Virus record (IMG/VR): IMGVR_UViG_3300010885_057925
Coordinates: 1-64,000 of that record
From: a virus
Length of the DNA stretch: 64,000 nucleotides
Reading direction: 5' to 3' (one strand)
In this document: one piece after another, positions 44,393-53,721 of the stretch
Layout of the letters: each line of letters starts with the position of its first letter
Position numbering within the stretch: position 1 is the stretch's first letter
Notes under the pieces: generated by a model
Databases searched by the model: none
What the model was told of the DNA's origin: nothing
Seen by the model: only the letters and a program-made list of their open reading frames with translations
Position numbers and translations under genes: made by a program

Positions 44393-47300
44393 TTAGAAAC
44401 TCGCGGCGTTTCTTGCTTCAAAGTCGATTGAGATGAACTCTGCCGACTTTGTGGGCTGGAGGAAGATCTTTCCGCGGATGGTGTTATTCTCGATATCGGC
44501 CTGTGTCGTTGTCGTCGTGTCGATCTGGACACGGTAACGGTCAACGCCACGCTGCTCCTGAACCTGCTTCATGATCGGTGAGACCGCTGCATTAAAGCGA
44601 GCAATCGTTGCCTCTCTGTTCGGCTCGAAGAGGATCGTGTTGGCGACGGCGCGGACGCGACGACGAACCTCGATCAGGAGTCGTCGAACGTTGATACGAT
44701 CAAGGGAGCTACCTTCTGCGAGGAGAGTACGCTGACCATTTACGACAGGGCCGACGCCGGGGGCGGACACAAGCGGATTGATGCCAGCGTCGTAGACTGT
44801 GTCAACGTTCTCAACAAGGAACTTGGTACCGAGCTCCTCAACGTTGAGAACCGCGCGATTGTAGCCAGCTGGTGCCGTCCAGGCGTAACCGAGAGAGTCG
44901 TTCTGCGCGAAAGCTCCGAGAACTGGAACTGAGGCGGGAACGCGGACTCTACGAGCTGGATCAGCGGGAAGTCCCATCACGGCATCCGGGAAGTAAGCAG
45001 CTCCGAAAGAGTTGTTCAGACCACGATTCGTGAAGCGTGTTGTTGTGTAGCTGACGTTGACTGCCGGATACGAGCTAGCTCCGAGAGAAGCTGTGATGAA
45101 GTTGTTCTGACCGTCCTTGTGCTCAACGTCCATGATGTAGAGGGCATCGAAACGCGTCTGCATCGCGGAGAGAGCGTAGTCAGTGACAACCGGATGACGC
45201 TGACCGGGAATCGCGAGGAGGTGGACATCGGCAAACGCCTTCTCTCCCATGATATCGACTGCCTTCCTGTAAGCAGCGACCGTGGGACCAGAGAGACCGC
45301 CCTGGTTCGAGTTGTCCATCTCGCGGCGGGTTGCAGCGTCAGTCATGCGAAGCTTGCTGGAGTCGAAGATGTTGGCACCGTCGAATCCACCCTGCATGAA
45401 TGTCGTGAGCTTCAGGTAGCTTCTAACTGAAGCATTTGAGAAGTCAGTCGGTGCGGCGATGAACCTTCCACCGATCGAGTTGTCAATGGCGCCATCGCGC
45501 TGGTAAACAGCCTCGTCCCAACGAGCTCCGTCAATCAGACCGTCAGATCCAGTCTGGACCTGAACTCTCTCGAGTGTGAAGCGATTGTTGTTGAAACGAT
45601 CGGCGTCAAGAACCGAGCCGCTGACATCTGCCGCGCCGGCGTTGTCACCGACCCAGGGGTTCTGGTAGGTCGTGTGGAACCTTGGGAAGTACTTCGCCTG
45701 CTGGGCGAGGGAAGCATCTCGAGTCGCTGCGGTGGTCGTTGAAACACCATCGTTGGGACGGGAGACAGAGTTCGCTGTGTCGAACTGGACGCCCCAGTAG
45801 TACTTGCTCTCTCCGACGGCAGTTGTTGCACCAGACGCACCACCGACGGTGATGGAGCGACGGAAAGGAATCGGGGGCTGACGTGCGCCTGTGGTGGGAA
45901 CGCTAAGATGCGCCGAGCTGTGCAGGCTTCCCGTGGATAGGAATCCTGTTCCAGCCGTGACAAGATGGTAATGACCGCGGAAGCCGACGGGCAGGGAGCT
46001 AACGGGTACAAGCTTGTCGATCACTTCGTCGGAGAGCTCGATGCGAACTCGTTGGGAGACCTTACCGTACAGACCTTCCTCGACTATCTTCTGCGATCCA
46101 GCAGCGCGATCGAAATCGTAGTAGGTGTTGAGATCGCCGATCTTCTTTCCTACGAAGTTGTCGCTATCAGGATCGAGATCGCAATCGAGATAGGACTCGA
46201 GAACGACGGGTGAATCGTCGGTGTCATTCCAGTCGCGGATCTCGACGGTGAACCTACCGTAAGCGCCCTCAGTCGTGGGAGCCTTGATGTTCTTGATCGA
46301 AACCTTGTACAGATCGTTCGCGTATGCACCGTCAGAGCGTGCGTGGATCTTGAAAAGATCCTTCGGGCTGTTACCCTGCGAGATGAAGAACGGAGTGGAT
46401 GGGTGGGTGAACCTATCCTCAAAGTTCTCATAGTTCGGGAAAACAGAAGTGCCGTCGTTGTAAGCCCGCGAGCCCGTTAGGCAGAACGCAACCTCCTCGA
46501 TCGCAGCAGTGGTGCTCACACGGCGGATGTTGGCCTGCGCAGCGACTCCTGAACCTGTAACCACCGCGTATGCATCGAAGATATCGTAGTGGGAGTAGAG
46601 CACGTAGCCGGCTCTCTCGAGAGCAAGCGGATCACGGTTGAACGTGTTGGCGAAGTATCCCTGATCCTTCGGGTTGAATGAAGCCGTGAGGATGCTGGGG
46701 TATTCGGCCGAGTCTGCGTGACCGTTGAGGAGGAGCACGAAATCCTGCTTTCCGCTGCGAAGATCGACAGATCCGGTGAACCAACCTTTCGCAGGAGATG
46801 CACCAACTGCCGTAGTACCGTACGTGTCTGATGTCGTACCCGGGGCGGAGCTCGAGAGAGTGAGCTGGACGCCCGACGCTGCCATGAGCACGCCTCTGAC
46901 GATGGGGGCTGCAGCAGTTGAGGTCTGAATCCCAGATTCTGAGAAGACCCAAGATCCTGCAGACTCTGACATATAGCAACCGAGGAAGTACGTTCTTCCG
47001 CTGATGCCACCTGCGACTGCGTAAGGATTGTTTCCGAGCTGTCCGTTTCCTTCCTGGATCTGCTTCGATCCAACGACGAATCCGGCGTTCGTAACTCTTC
47101 CGGTGTTGTTTCCGCTTGTCGTGCGCTTGTTTCCGTCGCCCGCGCCGAGAACTCGAACGTAAGTTCCAGCCGATGCGTTTCTCAACCATTCGTTGAGAGC
47201 TAACGGAGCGAACGTGTCTGCGTCTGCGTTTCCGAACTCTCTGCTGAATTGTGAGTTATTGGCGAAAGTGACAGGGACGAATGCAACGCCCTGATTCGCA

Positions 47301-47395
47301 GTTCCAATAACACCGGCCGAGCGGCCGGAGGGCTGCGCCTCGACCACTCCACCTGTGCTGTCAATCTCCCTAACGCTTATGCCTGGGGCTGCCAT
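44393..47395 (-). CDS. Tail sheath protein 2 (gp18-like)
   Basis: PGISVREID N-terminus; W.APAGYNR, INP, GQRTL, LDRINVRRLL, FEPN, PTKSAEFI. Confidence 0.9.
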   Translation of the reverse strand: MAAPGISVREIDSTGGVVEAQPSGRSAGVIGTANQGVAFVPVTFANNSQFSREFGNADADTFAPLALNEWLRNASAGTYVRVLGAGDGNKRTTSGNNTGRVTNAGFVVGSKQIQEGNGQLGNNPYAVAGGISGRTYFLGCYMSESAGSWVFSESGIQTSTAAAPIVRGVLMAASGVQLTLSSSAPGTTSDTYGTTAVGASPAKGWFTGSVDLRSGKQDFVLLLNGHADSAEYPSILTASFNPKDQGYFANTFNRDPLALERAGYVLYSHYDIFDAYAVVTGSGVAAQANIRRVSTTAAIEEVAFCLTGSRAYNDGTSVFPNYENFEDRFTHPSTPFFISQGNSPKDLFKIHARSDGAYANDLYKVSIKNIKAPTTEGAYGRFTVEIRDWNDTDDSPVVLESYLDCDLDPDSDNFVGKKIGDLNTYYDFDRAAGSQKIVEEGLYGKVSQRVRIELSDEVIDKLVPVSSLPVGFRGHYHLVTAGTGFLSTGSLHSSAHLSVPTTGARQPPIPFRRSITVGGASGATTAVGESKYYWGVQFDTANSVSRPNDGVSTTTAATRDASLAQQAKYFPRFHTTYQNPWVGDNAGAADVSGSVLDADRFNNNRFTLERVQVQTGSDGLIDGARWDEAVYQRDGAIDNSIGGRFIAAPTDFSNASVRSYLKLTTFMQGGFDGANIFDSSKLRMTDAATRREMDNSNQGGLSGPTVAAYRKAVDIMGEKAFADVHLLAIPGQRHPVVTDYALSAMQTRFDALYIMDVEHKDGQNNFITASLGASSYPAVNVSYTTTRFTNRGLNNSFGAAYFPDAVMGLPADPARRVRVPASVPVLGAFAQNDSLGYAWTAPAGYNRAVLNVEELGTKFLVENVDTVYDAGINPLVSAPGVGPVVNGQRTLLAEGSSLDRINVRRLLIEVRRRVRAVANTILFEPNREATIARFNAAVSPIMKQVQEQRGVDRYRVQIDTTTTTQADIENNTIRGKIFLQPTKSAEFISIDFEARNAASF

Positions 47396-47415
47396 TAAAA
47401 GCTCCTATCCTCGTG

Positions 47416-47422
47416 TAACTAT
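47416..47422 (-). promoter_or_regulatory. Putative late promoter ATAGTTA (sheath 2)
   Basis: Intergenic copy of the recurring motif. Confidence 0.7.
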
Positions 47423-47428
47423 TCTGGA

Positions 47429-50400
47429 TCAGACGAACTCGACGCCCGCCGGGGTGATGATAAAGTCGACCGCGATGAATTCGACTGCGCGGGTTGGGAC
47501 GAACACGATACGACCATTCAGTCTGCTGGCCGCGATGTCAGCTGGCGTATTGTTTGTCTCGTCCATGACGATTCTGAACTGCTCGATTCCGGCCTGCGCG
47601 CGGACGAGATTCAAGAGTGGTGTTGCCTGATCGATGAAACGCTGACGCGTGGTCTTGTCGTTCGGCTCGAAGATGAGACCGCGTGCCACCGCAGCGATGA
47701 CTCTCTTAAGCTCGAGGAAGAGACGACGGACGTTGACGCGATCCAGGGCCGACTTCGAGAGCTGCAGGGTCTTCTGTCCGAAGATGACGAACCCGCTTCC
47801 CGGGAATGTACCGATCGGGTTGATGTTTGCCTCGTAGAGGCTGTCACGATCCGCAGTGCTGAGACGAACCTCAACGTTCGAGACGAAATCGAGAGCTCCC
47901 CTGTTGAATCCTGCCGGAGCGTACCACGGGTACGAGACCTTATCACTGTAGGCAAGAGCGCCGAGAGCAGCGATTGAAGCGGGTACCTTGACGCGTCGGG
48001 CTGCGGCAGCGTCATTGACGTAGACATCCGGGAAGTACGTTGCTACGTAGCTGTTGTTGACGCCGCGAGAAGCGAAAGCGTCGATTGTCTTGGAGACGTT
48101 GGGACGACCCGCCGAATCATCGAAGAGTCTTACGTTGTTGTCATCATACGCCGGTGTGTCCATGACGTACATTCCGAAAGCGTAGGAATCGAGGCGACGC
48201 GCGAGGTACTCGGTCACGAGTGGGTCCTTGACACCGGGAACAGCGATCATGTTGACGTTGACTGTCAGCTTGTCGGTCATCATGCGGGAAGCAGCGCGGT
48301 AGGAGTTGACTGCGTTGTTCGCGAGTTCCTCTCCACCAGCGTTGTATCCAAGACCAGAAGCTGCAATCGGAGCAGCACCTACAGCGGCGCGCCCGCCAGC
48401 TTCGGTTGATGTTGCACGGTCACCGAGAAGAGCAGCAGCTTCGTCAAAGATGTTGACGCCGTCGAAACCACCGTAGAACATCGTCGAGAACTTCGCGTAC
48501 TCAGAGAACTTGTTAAACGTCTGCGCTGAGCCTGAGAGCAGAGACGCGAATGTCAGGCGATCGAGAGACGCTCCCGCGTCGTTGATCCTGTAATCCGTCG
48601 TAGAGGGAACACCGTTTCTGATGTAAGCAGCTTCTCTGATGTGAGACTCAACCGTTCCAGTGATGTCAGAAAGAGTCTGGTTGGAGAAAGCGACGCGGGC
48701 GAGAGTGAACTTGTTCGCGTTGAACGCGTCCGCATCAGAGCCCGTCACCAGCGCGTTGAGCTTCTGGATTCCCTGCATCTTCGCGTACGAAGTGATGAGG
48801 GAGTTGAACTCGGTTCCAGCGTTAGCGTTCATGACCGCGTTGGTCACGGAGCCGGTGGACGGAAGACGCTCGAACTTGACGCCCCAGTGAAGCCTCGAGT
48901 CAGGCGTCTCCAAGGGATCTGCTGCACCGATGTAGTTCAAACCGGCGAGAGCGCCCTGGGTGACCTTGAAGCGGAAGGGGAGCGGGGGAACGATCGCCGA
49001 ATCGAGCGTGTTGAACGTGCCGACGCCCTCCAGTCTCGTGGGACCGCCTGGTGTGCCATAGCTGCGCCCGCCGAGTGAGAGAGTCGCCGAAGTGTCGGTA
49101 AGTGTCTGGGTCGTTCTAACAACGGGAATACCCCTGAAACCGAAAGGAAGAGCTGACGCTGGGACCAGACCTGAATCAAGCTGGGTGGAGGGGACGACCC
49201 TTATGCGACGGCTGACGTTCGGGTAACGACCGCTCACCTGCAGGCGACGCTCAGACTCATCGACAGCGTCGAAGTTGAACGTGACCTTCTTGTCTCCGAC
49301 CTTCCGGGCAATGAAATTGGCGCTTGAAGGATTCAGATCACAACCGCCGAACACCTCAAGTATCCGCGGGTTCGTGTCGGTGTCATAGAGGTCTCTAACG
49401 ATGACATCGAACGTTCCATACGGGTTCTTCGGGTCAACGGACGCTCTCACATTCGCGATAGAAACCTTGCAAACTTCATTGGCACCCGCGCCGTCGGACA
49501 GAGTCTCAAAATTGAATAGATCGTACTCCATCGATCCATAAGGCTGTGAGATGATCGCAGGAGTTCTAGCGTTCGAGTAACGTGTATCGTATCGACCGAA
49601 GTTTTGCAGGTAAGCGCTTGAACCAGAGAGGATCGCGACGTGTCCCATTCCGACCGTGTCGATTCCCGTGAGCTCATCCTCGACAGCGAAGTCGAGGTAG
49701 AGACAGTGCTGCTCTTCCTGGAGACGACGGGGATCAGTGTTAAGAACCTTGCCGAAATAATCAGAAGAGCGAGGGTCAAGAGAGGCCGTGACCATCTTGA
49801 CACCGCCGATTCCGTCGGTGGAAGAGAACGCTGAACCGAGAGAAGAAGAGATCGCGAACTTGAACTTCTTGTAGGTCGGAGAAGCGCTGTTAAGATCGGT
49901 CGAGGCGACGTCGTCCGTCGAAGCTCCGGTTCCCGTCCACGCAGCACCCGAACCCGTCATATCGAGAAGCATACCACGCGCGCCGGTAGGGAACATAAGA
50001 ACGCCGCGAATGATATTCAGAGTGTCAGAAGATCCCGGATTGAAGCTTGGATTGTCGCTGAAGATCGGGAAGCCCTTCCATTCCGAAGGGTTGGTCGTGT
50101 CAGCTGGCAGAGCGTGACGAGCCGCGAGAAACTGAACGGTGTTCGTGTTGCGTAAATCACCGGGTGGGAGACCGACGTTGGATCCCGTGACCTTGAAACC
50201 AGCATTGCGCACGGTTCCCTGAGAAAGAGTGGTGTTGAAGTCTGATGTATTCGAGTTTGCACCGGCACCGAGGATCCTGATGAATGTAAGGGATCCCTTG
50301 TGCTTTAAAAATTCGTTCGCTGCGTAAGAGGCGGGGAACTTGGGGTCAAGTCCACCGAATCTAGCCTCGAAGTCCGAGAATGATGCCACCGTGGTGGGCA

Positions 50401-50527
50401 CGAAAGCGGGACCGGTGGCCGCCGCGCCGATAAGCCCACCCGGCACACCTGTGGGCTGCGCGCCCGGGGCGGCGAGTTCAATCTCCTGCTCAAAGAAACC
50501 AGGAGAGCGGAAGGTCTGTTCGGACAT
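47429..50527 (-). CDS. Tail sheath protein 1 (gp18-like)
   Basis: SPGFFEQEI, GPAFVPT, PWYAPAGFNRG, GQKTL, LDRVNVRRL, FEPND, PTRAVEFI. Confidence 0.92.
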   Translation of the reverse strand: MSEQTFRSPGFFEQEIELAAPGAQPTGVPGGLIGAAATGPAFVPTTVASFSDFEARFGGLDPKFPASYAANEFLKHKGSLTFIRILGAGANSNTSDFNTTLSQGTVRNAGFKVTGSNVGLPPGDLRNTNTVQFLAARHALPADTTNPSEWKGFPIFSDNPSFNPGSSDTLNIIRGVLMFPTGARGMLLDMTGSGAAWTGTGASTDDVASTDLNSASPTYKKFKFAISSSLGSAFSSTDGIGGVKMVTASLDPRSSDYFGKVLNTDPRRLQEEQHCLYLDFAVEDELTGIDTVGMGHVAILSGSSAYLQNFGRYDTRYSNARTPAIISQPYGSMEYDLFNFETLSDGAGANEVCKVSIANVRASVDPKNPYGTFDVIVRDLYDTDTNPRILEVFGGCDLNPSSANFIARKVGDKKVTFNFDAVDESERRLQVSGRYPNVSRRIRVVPSTQLDSGLVPASALPFGFRGIPVVRTTQTLTDTSATLSLGGRSYGTPGGPTRLEGVGTFNTLDSAIVPPLPFRFKVTQGALAGLNYIGAADPLETPDSRLHWGVKFERLPSTGSVTNAVMNANAGTEFNSLITSYAKMQGIQKLNALVTGSDADAFNANKFTLARVAFSNQTLSDITGTVESHIREAAYIRNGVPSTTDYRINDAGASLDRLTFASLLSGSAQTFNKFSEYAKFSTMFYGGFDGVNIFDEAAALLGDRATSTEAGGRAAVGAAPIAASGLGYNAGGEELANNAVNSYRAASRMMTDKLTVNVNMIAVPGVKDPLVTEYLARRLDSYAFGMYVMDTPAYDDNNVRLFDDSAGRPNVSKTIDAFASRGVNNSYVATYFPDVYVNDAAAARRVKVPASIAALGALAYSDKVSYPWYAPAGFNRGALDFVSNVEVRLSTADRDSLYEANINPIGTFPGSGFVIFGQKTLQLSKSALDRVNVRRLFLELKRVIAAVARGLIFEPNDKTTRQRFIDQATPLLNLVRAQAGIEQFRIVMDETNNTPADIAASRLNGRIVFVPTRAVEFIAVDFIITPAGVEFV

Positions 50528-50594
50528 TAATTTGCTCCTAAGCGTAAGGATAGTTCAGAAGCTAAGTATCACGCTTGGAGTGAAACTTCGCAGC

Positions 50595-51857
50595 TTATGT
50601 GATGTCCTTGTTCGATCTAGCCGTAGCAGTGACAGTCGACAGAACCTCCTCTCCGTGCACCTTGGAGACATTTCGAACTTTGACTGTTACATCCATTGGC
50701 CTACCGGTCATCGGGTCAACAGAGAGGTTCCTGGTGGTGCTGGTGACCTTGATAGATGATGACTCGGTCCCGCCAAGAGCTGTCGATTCTTGAGGGGCGG
50801 AAGAGGTACCTTTTTTTTGCGTTCCGTGCGCAGAAAATTCTGCTTGTCCTATGGGCAAAGATCCGATAGCCCCCGTGAGAAGGGGATCATCGATCGTTGT
50901 GATGGGATCCAACATTCTAGAATCGTGACGCATATCCTGAACGCTACCCGGCAAATTCGCAGGTGATGCAGGGTCCTCGATTATTCCGAATGAGAATTGA
51001 GTCGCGGAAACGTGTCTGCGCGTTCCATTCGGAATACCCGGAAGATCTGGAGAGATAATGTACGCAGATACCTCGACGGTCAATGTGCTCTTGATGATCC
51101 TTTCCTCGTCCGTCATACCATCGAAATTATTATCAGAGCTGATTGCTGGTTCGAAAGTTGCCACGAACCAGTAGCCTGCAGGTGTTTCTATCCTGTAAGT
51201 GCGAGCTCGAGTGTTATGATATCCGCTCATGATCGTCGTCAGGATCGAGTTGCTGTGCTGGAGGTATTGTGCCCATAGCGTGATCTCATACTTCGCGGTG
51301 TAGAACTTCGGTGTTGGGATCGTGATGGTCTCGTAAAGTCCACCTGCCAGATTGGGCTCTAGCAATCTACCACCCGTTTTGCGTGAGGGCCTCGAAAGAG
51401 AGCTGGTTCGATTCCCCGCTCCGATCTGGGCATGCTCTAGGTTCAGAGAATTAACAACTCTCTGATAGAGCGGATCATCACTCGAGACTCTCCTTTTTAT
51501 AGAGATCGTCCCTGCGTCAGGCACCTCTATTATCTTGGGTGCCTGCTGCTCGATTCCCGTTCTCGTTATGGTAACGAGTGGTAGAATGAGAGCTCCGTTC
51601 TTGTCGCGCAGAGGTTCTCTTCTACGATTAATCGCGAACCGCTCTCCCGTGGCAAATATGACGGGGACCTTACGGGTCGTGCCGTCTTTCTGCTGATACA
51701 CTAGAGGTATATCATTATCGAAAAGTTTGAATAAGGCACGATCAACGTCTTCGAGACCGCATGAGGGAACAAGACGCTCTGGTATATTAGAGCCCTCGTA
51801 TCCCAGATTCAGTGACTCTACGCCGTATTTTTTCGTAGTTGAGAATCTGGTGCTCAT
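50595..51857 (-). CDS. Tail terminator/sheath stabiliser (gp15-like)
   Basis: KVPVIFATGER...RDKNG..ILP; Y.I.LWAQY; located between neck and sheath genes. Confidence 0.7.
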   Translation of the reverse strand: MSTRFSTTKKYGVESLNLGYEGSNIPERLVPSCGLEDVDRALFKLFDNDIPLVYQQKDGTTRKVPVIFATGERFAINRRREPLRDKNGALILPLVTITRTGIEQQAPKIIEVPDAGTISIKRRVSSDDPLYQRVVNSLNLEHAQIGAGNRTSSLSRPSRKTGGRLLEPNLAGGLYETITIPTPKFYTAKYEITLWAQYLQHSNSILTTIMSGYHNTRARTYRIETPAGYWFVATFEPAISSDNNFDGMTDEERIIKSTLTVEVSAYIISPDLPGIPNGTRRHVSATQFSFGIIEDPASPANLPGSVQDMRHDSRMLDPITTIDDPLLTGAIGSLPIGQAEFSAHGTQKKGTSSAPQESTALGGTESSSIKVTSTTRNLSVDPMTGRPMDVTVKVRNVSKVHGEEVLSTVTATARSNKDIT

Positions 51858-52510
51858 TCGTCACCGTAGAATGACGAATTGATTCCATCTGGCGACACTT
51901 TCTTCGGCCCCGTGAGCGGAGCGTCGAGCTTGCCATCAGCCTGAAGCTCTCGACGATCCGAAGTCTCGCCAAGTTCGTTCGTGGAGGATCCACGTTGCTG
52001 GACGAACGTATCCTGAGTGATCTTGTTCGTATCGAGATTCTGGGCTGCAGGACCGAGTTGCGTGACTCTGTTGATGAGACCTTCGCGAGCCTGCTTGCCA
52101 ACGAGTTTGTATCCTGTCACGTGCTCGACCTGTCCGAAGATCTTGCTGATCGAAATGACCTGCGCGATCTCGAACATGATCGATCCGTACGACATGAAAT
52201 CGCCCATCTTCATACGAAGATTCTTGTCGTTTAAATCCTGCGCGTGGACTCGAACTTCGATAGAATGATATTTCTCGCTTCCGAATTTGTTGGTTCTGAT
52301 TTCACCAGGTGACCATTCAACCAGCGCGTCGATCTCTATCGGAGGATCGAACACCTTCTCGATCGATTCTTCATAAACGTCGTGTACGGATGTTACGTCT
52401 GACCTGACAGGGTAGTAATAGATCTTCTGGCCTATCACGTCCTTCATGACCTCTTTCGTTAGATCACTGATCAGGTCTATTTCTCTAGGAGTGATAAAGA
52501 GTCTTGCCAT
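51854..52510 (-). CDS. Neck/head-closure protein (gp14-like)
   Basis: IGQKIYYY...VYEES..K.F..P; GDF; synteny with the gp13-like gene. Confidence 0.7.
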   Translation of the reverse strand: MARLFITPREIDLISDLTKEVMKDVIGQKIYYYPVRSDVTSVHDVYEESIEKVFDPPIEIDALVEWSPGEIRTNKFGSEKYHSIEVRVHAQDLNDKNLRMKMGDFMSYGSIMFEIAQVISISKIFGQVEHVTGYKLVGKQAREGLINRVTQLGPAAQNLDTNKITQDTFVQQRGSSTNELGETSDRRELQADGKLDAPLTGPKKVSPDGINSSFYGDE

Positions 52511-52515
52511 CTCGA

Positions 52516-53694
52516 TTATCCTATGGTGATGACACGACCCATCGGGATCGGAGTCGCTCTCAGTATCTTCTGCAGGTTGTCGATTTCCGCAGCTTTCGTC
52601 TCTATGAGCTTGTTGTAGGTGAGGGTGTCGAGCATCTCTCGAAGGTCCGTCTTGAGCTTTTCCTTTTCTTCCTTCGCCGTGCTCTTCAGATCAGATCCAT
52701 CGAGTTGCAGCTCGCCACCGGGTATCGGTACCGACCCGAATTTAGACCTGATCATACCGAGAAGTTCCTTACAAAGAGCTAACGCGTATTGCCTCACCCA
52801 CTGACGTGCTATCGAATTTACCTTCGCGTATACGAAATTTCCATATGGGACGTTTGAGAGATTGGAAACGCCGTTTATGGAACCATCGCCGGGAATTGAG
52901 GACACCAATGGGTTGTTCTCGAAACCGACCCTGACCCAAAGCTTCAAGGGAATGTCGGCCGTGGGCATTGGGAATATCCTGAGCTTCGTTCCGGTCACAC
53001 GATAGCTGTAGTTAGATCGACGGACCCTGTTCGATATGTTCATCTGACCGCCGCGAAGGATGTCCTCGAAGACTGGCAGGACGTAAAACACAGTCTCTGG
53101 TGTGAATGACTCGAAAGAGAACTCGTTGTTGAGATAGTTGATCGCCGAAGTTGTATCGAAGAATCGATACGCAGCCATTGGATTAAAATGCATGATCTCG
53201 AAGATGCGCATCTTACCTTGCGTCGGATTCATCGATGAGCTGGCGATGGGAGCTCCCGAGGCGGGATCGAGAAGATCAGTGTACAGATCATAATCCTGAA
53301 CGTTCTGTCGAAGCTGAATCGATCCTGTCGCTGAATTGTATGTGCCTCCCAGACCTGCTTCAACCGCGTACGGTTCAGCCATACGAATAACATAGTTGAG
53401 CGTGTCTCTTGGGAATTTTTGCGTAGCCTCATTCAAGCTTCCGGTTTGCATTCCCAGAAGCGAGAGAAGTTGGCTTCTAGCCTGATACTGATTAACGATC
53501 GAGGCATACTCGAGAAATGACTCCTCGAAGCATGCCCAAATCTGCTTTTTTGTAAGTTCAACAGAAAGCACATCATCACCGAGACGACGCTTCACGAATG
53601 TGATCATCGCGTCAGCCTCTGTTTGAAAATCACCATCAGAGTCGAAGAATCCGAATGGAGTCGGATTAAGAGTTGATGTGAATGTTGTTGACAT
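52516..53694 (-). CDS. Neck/adaptor protein (gp13-like)
   Basis: RRLG...VELT..Q; WVRQYALALCKELLG..RSKF..VPIPGG...LDG. Confidence 0.85.
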   Translation of the reverse strand: MSTTFTSTLNPTPFGFFDSDGDFQTEADAMITFVKRRLGDDVLSVELTKKQIWACFEESFLEYASIVNQYQARSQLLSLLGMQTGSLNEATQKFPRDTLNYVIRMAEPYAVEAGLGGTYNSATGSIQLRQNVQDYDLYTDLLDPASGAPIASSSMNPTQGKMRIFEIMHFNPMAAYRFFDTTSAINYLNNEFSFESFTPETVFYVLPVFEDILRGGQMNISNRVRRSNYSYRVTGTKLRIFPMPTADIPLKLWVRVGFENNPLVSSIPGDGSINGVSNLSNVPYGNFVYAKVNSIARQWVRQYALALCKELLGMIRSKFGSVPIPGGELQLDGSDLKSTAKEEKEKLKTDLREMLDTLTYNKLIETKAAEIDNLQKILRATPIPMGRVITIG

Positions 53695-53721
53695 GCTAGC
53701 TCCCTCAAGTAAATAGGAGCC

